Assembly: GCA_038750805.1 (NCBI GenBank)
Contig: JBCDGX010000001.1
Coordinates: forward strand, 1-30,622
DNA length: 30,622 nucleotides
Reading direction: 5' to 3'
DNA from: Myxococcota bacterium
Lineage (GTDB): Bacteria > Myxococcota_A > Polyangia > Polyangiales > Houyiibacteriaceae
Shown here: positions 1 through 7,281 of the stretch, one piece after another
How positions within the stretch are numbered: position 1 is the first letter of the stretch
Layout: each line of letters starts with the position of its first letter
Notes under the pieces: model-generated
What the model saw: only the letters and a program-made list of their open reading frames with translations
The model's database searches: none
What the model was told of the DNA's origin: nothing
Made by a program: the position numbers and the translations under genes

Positions 1-23
1 CGCGAGGGCGGCTCTCGGCCGTG

Positions 24-2372
24 TCAGCGTTCGACGCGGAGGACCACGGTGTCCCCCGTCGACGTCTCGATGACCGTCGTCCCGCCCGTCGCTCCGGGGA
101 GCGACGTGGTCGCGTTGCCCGGGACGTAGGCCGCCACGCCCGCGAGGAGCGGGTCGCCCGGCGCGGCGATGACCAGGTTCGGCGGCGTTGCCGGAACGGG
201 CGCGTCCGAGGTCACGGTGAAGAGCCCCGGCAGGTTCACGATCTGCCACTCGTCCCGGGAGGACGCGATGACCACGACGATGCCGCCGCGGTCGAGGAAG
301 TCGAAGAGCGTGGTGCGCCAGGCGTCTCGCACGGTCACCGCGGGGAAGGCGCCCTGCTCCTGCTCGTGGACCAGGAGCACGTCCCGACCGGTGAGCGAGG
401 TCGCGAGGTTCCGGAAGTTGGTGAGCGCCGTGTAGCGGGTGGACTGCCCCGCCGCCGTCACGGTCCGGTCGATGGCGCCGCGCGTGTTCTCCGCTTCGCC
501 GCCCGGGGTGGTGTCGGCGAACTCCGTGTACTCGAGGATGTCGATGGTCCCCGTCACGTCCGTCAGCAGCACGGCGTTCCCGACCACCCGGTCCTGGCTC
601 ACGCTGGAGGCGAAGTAGTCGTGGCCGACGAGCACGGCCTGACCGCGAAGACCGAGGTTCTCGACCTCGAGCTGGTAGGCGCCGCTGCTCGCCGTCGCGA
701 AGCCGTCGACGACCACGTAATAGGTGCCGGGGTCGAAGCTCCCCTCGATCAGCGAGAGCCGGCCAACGCCGTCGTCGTCGTCGCAGAAGAGCGTCGCGCT
801 CGTCGCACAGGGAGCGCCGCGCACGTGCAGCGTCGTGTCGTAGGCGAAGGGCGCCACGGTCTCGAAGCGGAGCGTCGTCCGCGTCGTGACCTCGATCTCG
901 TAGACGTGGTCCGGTGAGCGGGCGAGGCTGCCGCAGGTGCTCTCGAGGGCGTTCGTGGCGCCGGCGGTGGTGCCCGAGATCGTCGTCGTCTCGCCCACGC
1001 CGGGCAGGTCGAGGGACACCGCCGTCGCGCAGGTATCCGGCTCCTCGATGTCGACCTCGAGCTCGAAGTCGCCGCGGAAGGCCGCGGCCCAGCCGTCCAC
1101 CGTCAACGAGTACGTGCCGGCCTGGAAGACCTCGTCGATGCGGCTCAGCGTGCCCGCGCCGCCGTCGTCGTCGCAGAAGAGCTGCGTGGGCGGGGCGGCG
1201 CACTCCTCGCGCACGTAGAGCGTGGTGTCGAAGCGCGCGCTCATGGGCGGGAGGGTCTCGAAGCGAACGCGCCGCGGCGCCGTCAGCTCGAGCTCGTAGA
1301 AGAGCTCCGGACCGCCGCCGCCGCAGGTGCCGCGCGTGGTCGCCGACGCGCACTCGGTGCTGCCGTCGAGGCTCTGCAGGCCGTCCGTGCCCAGGAGGCC
1401 GATGGCGTCGGCGCAGGTGTCGCCGGCGATGATCGGCGGCGGACCGCCGATGCAGGCGCCCATGCGACAGGCGTCCGCCGTCGTGCAGGCGTCGTCGTCG
1501 TCGCAGGGCGAGCCCTCGGGCGCCGGGAGCGCGACGCAGCCGCCGGCGTCCTCCACGCAGGTCCCGACGAGGCAGACGTCGTCGAAGGCATCGCAGAGCA
1601 CGTCGGCCCCCGCCGTGCAGACGCCCATGCGGCAGCTGTCTCCGTCGGTGCACACGAGGCCGTCGTCGCAGGGCGTGCCGTCCACGAGGGGAATCGTCCC
1701 GCAGGCGCCGGTCATCGGATTGCAGATGCCGGCATTGCAGGCGTCGCCGACGTCCGTGCAGTCGCGCGGCACGCCCGGCCGGCACGTGCCCCGGCGGCAG
1801 GTGTCCGCGAGCGTGCAGAGGTCGCCGTCCTCGCAGAGCGTGCCGTTCGGGACTGGGCTGGGGGCGCAGGCGCCGGTGGCGTCGTCGCAGACCCCGACGG
1901 TGCACGCCGAGTCGAAGGCCGAGCAGTCCGGGCCACGGCCCGTGCAGACGCCCCGGCGGCAGAAATCGTCGACCGTGCAGGCCTGGCCGTCGTCGCACTC
2001 CGTGCCCTCCGCCCGGGGGATGGCCACACAGACGTCGGCGTCGGGGTCGCAGCGACCGACCACGCAGGCGCCGTCGAGGCCGCTGCAATCGTCCCCGCCG
2101 CAGGGCCCACCGAGGTCCGGGCGCCCCATGTCGACGGGCATGTCGAGGCCGATGTCGAAGCCGATATCGGGCCCGCCCATGTCCCCGGGCATGTCGCGGC
2201 CGAGGTCGATGGGCGGGGGAAGGTCGAGGCCCGGTCCGTCCGTCGTCAGGTCGACGCCGGCGTCACGGAGGCCCGGAGAATCCCCGAGCTCGAGGGTCGT
2301 TCGGCCGCAGGCCGCCAGCACGAGAACGCTCAGGACGAGCCACGCTCGCCCACTCATCGCCTGGACCCTCAT
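24..2372 (-). CDS. Large modular lipoprotein: D-x-G linker, about 4 eight-Cys repeats, two PPC-like beta-sandwich domains, C-terminal alpha/beta domain
   Basis: Lipobox VLAA-C22. Asp/Gly/Pro linker (DAG, DLG, DMG, DIG). CxDxxxCT..D.C..G.C units with 54-55 aa period. Two paralogous domains with DTC..A, DTTL.VR..C and LFCDDD.G motifs. GAGG lies upstream of ATG 2372; alternative start is ATG 2357. Confidence 0.85.
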   Translation of the reverse strand: MRVQAMSGRAWLVLSVLVLAACGRTTLELGDSPGLRDAGVDLTTDGPGLDLPPPIDLGRDMPGDMGGPDIGFDIGLDMPVDMGRPDLGGPCGGDDCSGLDGACVVGRCDPDADVCVAIPRAEGTECDDGQACTVDDFCRRGVCTGRGPDCSAFDSACTVGVCDDATGACAPSPVPNGTLCEDGDLCTLADTCRRGTCRPGVPRDCTDVGDACNAGICNPMTGACGTIPLVDGTPCDDGLVCTDGDSCRMGVCTAGADVLCDAFDDVCLVGTCVEDAGGCVALPAPEGSPCDDDDACTTADACRMGACIGGPPPIIAGDTCADAIGLLGTDGLQSLDGSTECASATTRGTCGGGGPELFYELELTAPRRVRFETLPPMSARFDTTLYVREECAAPPTQLFCDDDGGAGTLSRIDEVFQAGTYSLTVDGWAAAFRGDFELEVDIEEPDTCATAVSLDLPGVGETTTISGTTAGATNALESTCGSLARSPDHVYEIEVTTRTTLRFETVAPFAYDTTLHVRGAPCATSATLFCDDDDGVGRLSLIEGSFDPGTYYVVVDGFATASSGAYQLEVENLGLRGQAVLVGHDYFASSVSQDRVVGNAVLLTDVTGTIDILEYTEFADTTPGGEAENTRGAIDRTVTAAGQSTRYTALTNFRNLATSLTGRDVLLVHEQEQGAFPAVTVRDAWRTTLFDFLDRGGIVVVIASSRDEWQIVNLPGLFTVTSDAPVPATPPNLVIAAPGDPLLAGVAAYVPGNATTSLPGATGGTTVIETSTGDTVVLRVER
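1452..2102 (-). repeat. Intragenic Cys-rich protein repeats (about 4 units of 54-55 aa, 8 Cys each)
   Basis: Units begin CDDGQAC, CEDGDLC, CDDGLVC and CDDDDAC. Spacings counted as 54, 55 and 55 aa. Confidence 0.85.
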
Positions 2373-2481
2373 CCGCTGGACCTCTTCGTGTGGATGTGGC
2401 TCATGCCTACGCCATCCGTCATCGCGTTGCGCCTCCGAGCCTAGCGTTCTCGTAGCCTTCGCGCTCTGCTATCCCGCATCC

Positions 2482-3639
2482 ATGACCCTCCCGGACGCCG
2501 TCTCCCTCGTCCGCACGCTCGTGGCCGAGCCCTCGGTCAGCTCTCCGGATCCCGCGCACGACCAGCCCAACCGACGGGTCGTCGAGCGCATCGCCGAGTG
2601 GGCCGAGCACCTGGGGTTCCGCTGCGAGCTCGTGCCGCTGAAGACCGATCCCTCGAAGGCCAACCTGGTCGCGACGCTGGGGACCGGGGAGGGCGGCCTC
2701 GTGCTCTCGGGGCACTCGGACACGGTGCCCTTCGACCGCGCGGGATGGGACACGGACCCCTTCGATCTCGTCGAAAAGGACGGGGGGCGCCTCTACGGCC
2801 TGGGCTCGGCGGACATGAAGGGCTTCTTCGCCGCGGCGCTCCGCGCGGCCGAGCGCTTTCGGCCCGAGGAGCTTCGCCGGCCCCTCGTGCTCGTGGCCAC
2901 GGCCGACGAAGAGAGCACGATGAACGGCGCCCGTCAGCTCCTCGCCGAGCGCCGCCCCCAGGCGGCCCGGGCGGTGATCGGCGAGCCGACGGGGCTGGCC
3001 CCGGTGCGCGCCCACAAGGGCATCCTCATGGAGCGTCTCACGCTCCTCGGACGCTCCGGTCATTCGAGCGATCCGAGCCTCGGCGCGAGCGCCCTCGAGG
3101 GCATGCACGAGGCGCTCGGGGTGCTCCTCGCGCTCCGCGCCGAGCTCCAGGCCGAGCACCGGAGCGGAGACTTCGTCGTTCCCGGGCCCACGCTGAACCT
3201 CGGCAAGGTCGAGGGCGGCGACAGCCCGAACCGCATCTGCGGAAAGTGCCAGCTCACCTACGACCTAAGGCCCCTGCCGGGGATGGACGTCGCCCGGGTC
3301 CGCGACCGCATCCGCGGCGCCCTCGCCGAGCGCTTCGCCGGGGACGCCCTCGAGGTGGTGCAGGAGAGCCTCGCGGAGCCGGTGCCGCCCTTCGCCGAGC
3401 AGCCTGACGCCACGCTCGTCCGGGACCTCGAGTCCATGACGGGCCGCGACGCGCTCGCGGTCATGTTCTGCACGGAGGCACCCTTCCTCCAGGCCCTCGG
3501 CATGGAGACCGTGGTCTGCGGCCCCGGCAGCATCGACGTGGCGCACCAGCCGGGGGAGCACACGACGCGGTCCCAGCTCGAGGAGGCGGAGGCGCTCTAT
3601 GCGCGCCTCATCCACCGGAGCTGCGTGGAGGCGGCGTGA
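2482..3639 (+). CDS. argE: Acetylornithine deacetylase (M20 family)
   Basis: Motifs LSGHSDTVP, GLGSADMKGF, ADEE, IGEPT and AHQPGE. ATG 2482 (MTLPDAVSL) is the true start; the upstream part of the 770-aa ORF is antisense to the lipoprotein gene. Adjacent to argA. Confidence 0.93.
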   Translation: MTLPDAVSLVRTLVAEPSVSSPDPAHDQPNRRVVERIAEWAEHLGFRCELVPLKTDPSKANLVATLGTGEGGLVLSGHSDTVPFDRAGWDTDPFDLVEKDGGRLYGLGSADMKGFFAAALRAAERFRPEELRRPLVLVATADEESTMNGARQLLAERRPQAARAVIGEPTGLAPVRAHKGILMERLTLLGRSGHSSDPSLGASALEGMHEALGVLLALRAELQAEHRSGDFVVPGPTLNLGKVEGGDSPNRICGKCQLTYDLRPLPGMDVARVRDRIRGALAERFAGDALEVVQESLAEPVPPFAEQPDATLVRDLESMTGRDALAVMFCTEAPFLQALGMETVVCGPGSIDVAHQPGEHTTRSQLEEAEALYARLIHRSCVEAA

Positions 3640-4976
3640 TGGGCGACGCGAGCGAACCGCCGGGCGCCCGGGACGACGACGCCTTCGTCGGCTTCTTCCG
3701 CCAGTCGGCGCCCTACATCCGCGCGCACGGCGGGCGGACCATGGTGATCGTCTTCGGTGGCGAGGCGCTCCTCTCCCAAGGCTTCCGGGAGCTCGTGCAC
3801 GACGTCGGGCTGCTTCACGCGCTCGGCGTGCGCCTCGTGCTCGTGGCCGGCTCGCGGCCGCAGATCGATCGACGCCTCCAGGCGCGCGACGTCGAGACGC
3901 GCATCGTCGAGGGCATCCGCGTGACCGATCGCCGGGCCCTCGAGGTGGCCAAGGAGGCCGCCGGGGCAAACCGCGTCGAGCTCGAGCGGCACCTCACGAC
4001 GGGGCTCCCGGGGACGCCCATGGCCGGCGCCCGGGTGCGCGTCGCGGCCGGGAACTTCGTCACGGCCCGGCCCTACGGCGTCGTGGACGGCGTGGACTAC
4101 GGCTACACGGGGCGCGTCCGGCGCATCGACGCGGAGGCCATCGAGGCCCGCCTCGACGCCGGCCAGATCGTGACGCTCACGCCCCTCGGCTATTCGATCA
4201 CCGGCGAGGCCTTCAACCTCTCGACGCCCGAGCTCGCGGCGGACACGGCCATCGCGCTCGGCGCCGAGAAGCTGATCTGCCTCGTCGAGGGGAAGGGCGT
4301 GGTCGACGCGAAGGGGCGCACGCCCTCGGAGCTCGACATCGGGGGCGTGGAGGCGCTCCTCGCGTCGAAGCGGCGCTTCGCCGTTGACGTGCGACAGCAC
4401 CTCGCGGCGGCGCTCGAGGCCGTGCGCGGCGGCGTCCCGCGGGCGCATCTCGTCCGGCGCAAGCATCCCGGGGCGCTTCTCCGCGAGCTCTACACGCGGG
4501 ACGGCATCGGCACGATGGTCGTGGCCGAGCGCACCGAGGACGTGCGCCCCGCGCGCCCCCGGGACGTGCCGAGCCTGCTGCAGCTCCTCGAGCCCATGGC
4601 CGAGCAGGGCCTGCTCGTGCACCGCCCGCGGGAGCTCCTCGAGACGGACATCGACCGCTTCGAGCTGAGCGAGCGCGACGGGCTCGTGGTCGCCTGCGCG
4701 GCGCTCTACGAGTACCCGGACGAGGCCATGGGGGAGCTCGCGTGCCTGGCCGTGCACGACGCCCATCGCCGGAGCGGGCGCGGCGAGGTGATGCTCGCGG
4801 CCATCGAGCGGCGCGCGCGGTCCCGCGGCCTCCGCACGCTCTTCGTGCTGACGACCCAGGGCACGCATTGGTTCATGGAGCGCGGCTTCGTGGCCGGCGC
4901 GCCGAAGGACCTCCCGGCGGGGCGCGGCGCCTACGACCGGAAGCGGGCGAGCAAGGTCCTGCTCAAGGCGCTCTGA
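3639..4976 (+). CDS. argA: N-acetylglutamate synthase (amino-acid kinase-like domain plus GNAT domain)
   Basis: FVGFFRQSAPYIRAHGGRTMVI, AEKLI, LLRELYTRDGIGT, ELACLAVH..HRRSGRG and LFVLTTQGTHWFMERGF. TGATG stop/start overlap with argE. Confidence 0.93.
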   Translation: MGDASEPPGARDDDAFVGFFRQSAPYIRAHGGRTMVIVFGGEALLSQGFRELVHDVGLLHALGVRLVLVAGSRPQIDRRLQARDVETRIVEGIRVTDRRALEVAKEAAGANRVELERHLTTGLPGTPMAGARVRVAAGNFVTARPYGVVDGVDYGYTGRVRRIDAEAIEARLDAGQIVTLTPLGYSITGEAFNLSTPELAADTAIALGAEKLICLVEGKGVVDAKGRTPSELDIGGVEALLASKRRFAVDVRQHLAAALEAVRGGVPRAHLVRRKHPGALLRELYTRDGIGTMVVAERTEDVRPARPRDVPSLLQLLEPMAEQGLLVHRPRELLETDIDRFELSERDGLVVACAALYEYPDEAMGELACLAVHDAHRRSGRGEVMLAAIERRARSRGLRTLFVLTTQGTHWFMERGFVAGAPKDLPAGRGAYDRKRASKVLLKAL

Positions 4977-4982
4977 GGCCGC

Positions 4983-5696
4983 TCAGGCCTGGAGCACGAG
5001 CGCCGTGATGTTGTCGGCGCTCCCGGCGGCGAAGGCGGCGTCGACCAGGCGGTTCGCGGCCGCCCTGGGATCCGTCGCGGAGTGGAGCGTCGCCGCGAGG
5101 TCCGCGTCGTCGAGCACGTCGCTCAGCCCGTCGCTGCAGAGCACGAAGGCGTCGCCGGGCGCGATGTCGACGAGCTGGAGCTCGGGCGGCGCGTCCATGC
5201 GGGCGGAGATGCAGCGGGTCACGAGCGCCGTGAAGGCGACCGGGAGCTGGGCGACCAGCCTCGACGCGCCGACGGCGTCGAGCTCCGCCACGAAGGAGTG
5301 GTCCCGGGTCAGCGCGTCGACGGTCGTGCCGCGCATGCGATAGGCGCGGGAGTCGCCGAGGTGCGCGATCAGCGCGCGGTCGGGCGCGAGCTGGAGCATC
5401 GCCACGAGGGTGGTGCCCATGTCCGAGAGAGCGCCGACGGCCAGGCGCCTCACCTCGGCCCGCGCCATGCGGATGGCGAGCTCCATGCGCTCCGCGGCGA
5501 GCTCGGGGGCCGGTGCCTTCCCGGCGCGTTCGAAGAAGCCGACGAGCGTGTCGACGACCACCCGGCTGGCGATCTCGCCGCCCTCGTGGCCGCCCATGCC
5601 GTCGGCGACGACGTAGAGACCGAGGTCTGGTCGCGCGCAGCTGGCGTCCTCGTTGTTGTCCCGCCGCCCCGTGATGCTTCGACTCGCTGCCTTCAT
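4983..5696 (-). CDS. PP2C/PPM-family Ser/Thr protein phosphatase
   Basis: GRRDNNED, VVADGMGGH..GE.AS, MGTT, AHLGDSRAY, LTRDHS, LCSDGL and GSADNIT. ATG 5696 has GGAG 5 nt upstream. Confidence 0.92.
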   Translation of the reverse strand: MKAASRSITGRRDNNEDASCARPDLGLYVVADGMGGHEGGEIASRVVVDTLVGFFERAGKAPAPELAAERMELAIRMARAEVRRLAVGALSDMGTTLVAMLQLAPDRALIAHLGDSRAYRMRGTTVDALTRDHSFVAELDAVGASRLVAQLPVAFTALVTRCISARMDAPPELQLVDIAPGDAFVLCSDGLSDVLDDADLAATLHSATDPRAAANRLVDAAFAAGSADNITALVLQA

Positions 5697-5889
5697 GCGT
5701 GCTCCGGCCGTCCCGCCTTCCTCACCGTCGGACGCTGAGGGCCGGCGTTGCATTCGGCGCGTCGACGGCCACGCGAGAGAACGGCCGCGCCTCGCGAATG
5801 CTGGGGGTCGACCTTCGAATATCTCGCCGGGAGACCTCGTCCGTGCCGCCGTGCCACGCGGCCCACATTACAGACGCTGACCGTCATGT

Positions 5890-5908
5890 CCCATAACGGC
5901 GATATGGG
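5890..5908. promoter_or_regulatory. 19-bp imperfect palindrome CCCATAACG-G-CGATATGGG, candidate TetR operator
   Basis: 9-bp arms with one mismatch. AT-rich for this genome. Lies 48 nt upstream of the TetR start in the divergent intergenic region. Confidence 0.55.
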
Positions 5909-5955
5909 TGCATGGTGGCGAGCGCCGGGCGGGGCCTAGGCGACGGGGAAGAGCA

Positions 5956-6534
5956 GTGGACGTTCGGCACAAGGCGGAAGACGCGACCCGCGACGCGCTC
6001 CGCGAGGCGGCAAGCCGCATCCTTCGTCGCGAGGGGGTGCGGGCGCTCTCTCTGCGTCGCGTCGCCCGGGAGGCCGGCGTGACCACCATGGGCATCTACA
6101 GCCGCTTCGGAGGCAAGGACGGGCTGCTCGACGCCCTCCACGCCGAGGGCTTCGAGCTCCTGAGCGAGGCCCAGGCCTCGCTCCCCGAACAGGCGGATCC
6201 CCTCGAGGCCATCGTCGCCCACGCCCGGGCGCACCGGCGCATGGCCCGCGATCACCAGGCCCACTATCAGGTCATGTTCGAGCGCTCGACGGGCTTCGAG
6301 CCGAGCTCCGTGTCCCGGGAGCGGGCCACCGGGAGCCTGGAAGCGCTCCGCGCCAAGGTCTCGGACGCGGTCTCCCGCGGCGCCCTCGACGGCGATCCCG
6401 AGTCCATCGCCCGGGCCGTCTTCGCGCAGGTGCACGGCACCGTCGCCCTCACCCTCGCGGGGATCGAGGGCGGGGACGGCGAGGCCGGGCACGACGCGGC
6501 GCTGCGGGCGCTTCTGCGCGGCTTCGCGCCCTGA
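5956..6534 (+). CDS. TetR/AcrR-family regulator (WHG-like C-terminal domain)
   Basis: HTH LSLRRVAREAGVTTMGIYSRFGGKDGLL. C-terminal HYQVMF and VFAQVHGTVAL. Start at GTG 5956 is a judgement; the ORF is open from 5908. Confidence 0.9.
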   Translation: MDVRHKAEDATRDALREAASRILRREGVRALSLRRVAREAGVTTMGIYSRFGGKDGLLDALHAEGFELLSEAQASLPEQADPLEAIVAHARAHRRMARDHQAHYQVMFERSTGFEPSSVSRERATGSLEALRAKVSDAVSRGALDGDPESIARAVFAQVHGTVALTLAGIEGGDGEAGHDAALRALLRGFAP

Positions 6535-6538
6535 AGGC

Positions 6539-7075
6539 TCAGTCCACCGGCTCGGTGAAGGGGTGCACGGTGTTCCACATGCGCCAGTGCATGACGATGG
6601 GGACCGTGAACCAGGGGAAGTTCGCGAAGAGCACGAGGCCCGTCGAGTCCGTGGCGTGGGCGCCGAAGAGCTCCTCCCAGCAGATGACGAAGACGACCGT
6701 CATCATCGTGCTCGCCCAGATGAAGCACCAGTTGCGGATCCAGTCCTTGCCCTTGATGAAGGCGTAGATGGCGGCCGCGTAGAACGGGAAGAAGAAGAGC
6801 TGGTCGATCCAGATCGTCGCCCGCCACCAGGCTTCGCGCGCCATCAGCGGGGGGTCGAAGTTGCGTCCCCACCAATGGACGAGGTCGACCAGCGGCGCCG
6901 GCGGCCAGATCGGGTACTCGAAGTCGTTCGGGTCGTCGATGACGAGCTGCTCGATGTCCACGATCGGCGTAATGAAGAGGATGTTCAGCAGGAAGAAGCC
7001 GATGAAGAGGTAGTCGAGCTTGCGCTCGCGTAGCGGCTTCACGCGACGCGCGGGGGCGGTGGGGCTCACGGTCAT
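6539..7075 (-). CDS. EXPERA/EBP (emopamil-binding protein/TMEM97-like, DUF2781) membrane protein
   Basis: 178 aa with about 4 hydrophobic helices. Motifs WGRNFDPPL, IWIDQLFFFPFY, WEEL and FANFPWFTVP (N-x-x-W-x-x-x-P as in EBP/EXPERA). Confidence 0.78.
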   Translation of the reverse strand: MTVSPTAPARRVKPLRERKLDYLFIGFFLLNILFITPIVDIEQLVIDDPNDFEYPIWPPAPLVDLVHWWGRNFDPPLMAREAWWRATIWIDQLFFFPFYAAAIYAFIKGKDWIRNWCFIWASTMMTVVFVICWEELFGAHATDSTGLVLFANFPWFTVPIVMHWRMWNTVHPFTEPVD

Positions 7076-7152
7076 GGCGCCGGAGCATCGCGGAGCGGCG
7101 CCGCGAGAACAAGAACGCGTTGCATCTCCGTCTGGGGACGCCCGACGACACC

Positions 7153-7168
7153 CGTGACTCCTGTCACG
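7153..7168. promoter_or_regulatory. Palindrome CGTGA-N6-TCACG (CRP/FNR-like half-sites)
   Basis: Perfect 6-bp arms CGTGAC/GTCACG in the divergent region between the EXPERA gene and helD. Confidence 0.4.
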
Positions 7169-7281
7169 AGATGCTTGCGCGGGCCGGGGTGGACCGCCCG
7201 GAGGGCCGGTGCTAGCCCCACCCGATTGCAGCACCTGCGAGGGGATGGCGCGATGGCCCCTCCTCGCGGGCTGGAGGAAGC

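Noticed and set aside
1327-2481. N-terminal extension of the argE ORF (770 aa call)
   Set aside because: It is antisense to the lipoprotein gene. M20 similarity begins at ATG 2482, which also has a promoter-like element just upstream.
4972-4986. Small hairpins at convergent gene ends (also 6531-6542 and 11377-11391)
   Set aside because: Largely explained by two facing TGA stop codons; stems are short and have no U-tracts.
5738-5801. Sigma54-like GG...TTGC and the GCATTCG/CGAATGC stem in the PP2C upstream region
   Set aside because: GG-to-GC spacing is 9 rather than the required 10. The stem is short and interrupted, which is unremarkable at this GC content.
7170-7195. Possible rifamycin-associated element upstream of helD (GCTTGCGCGGGCC)
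   Set aside because: Only a partial half-site; the palindromic second arm is absent.
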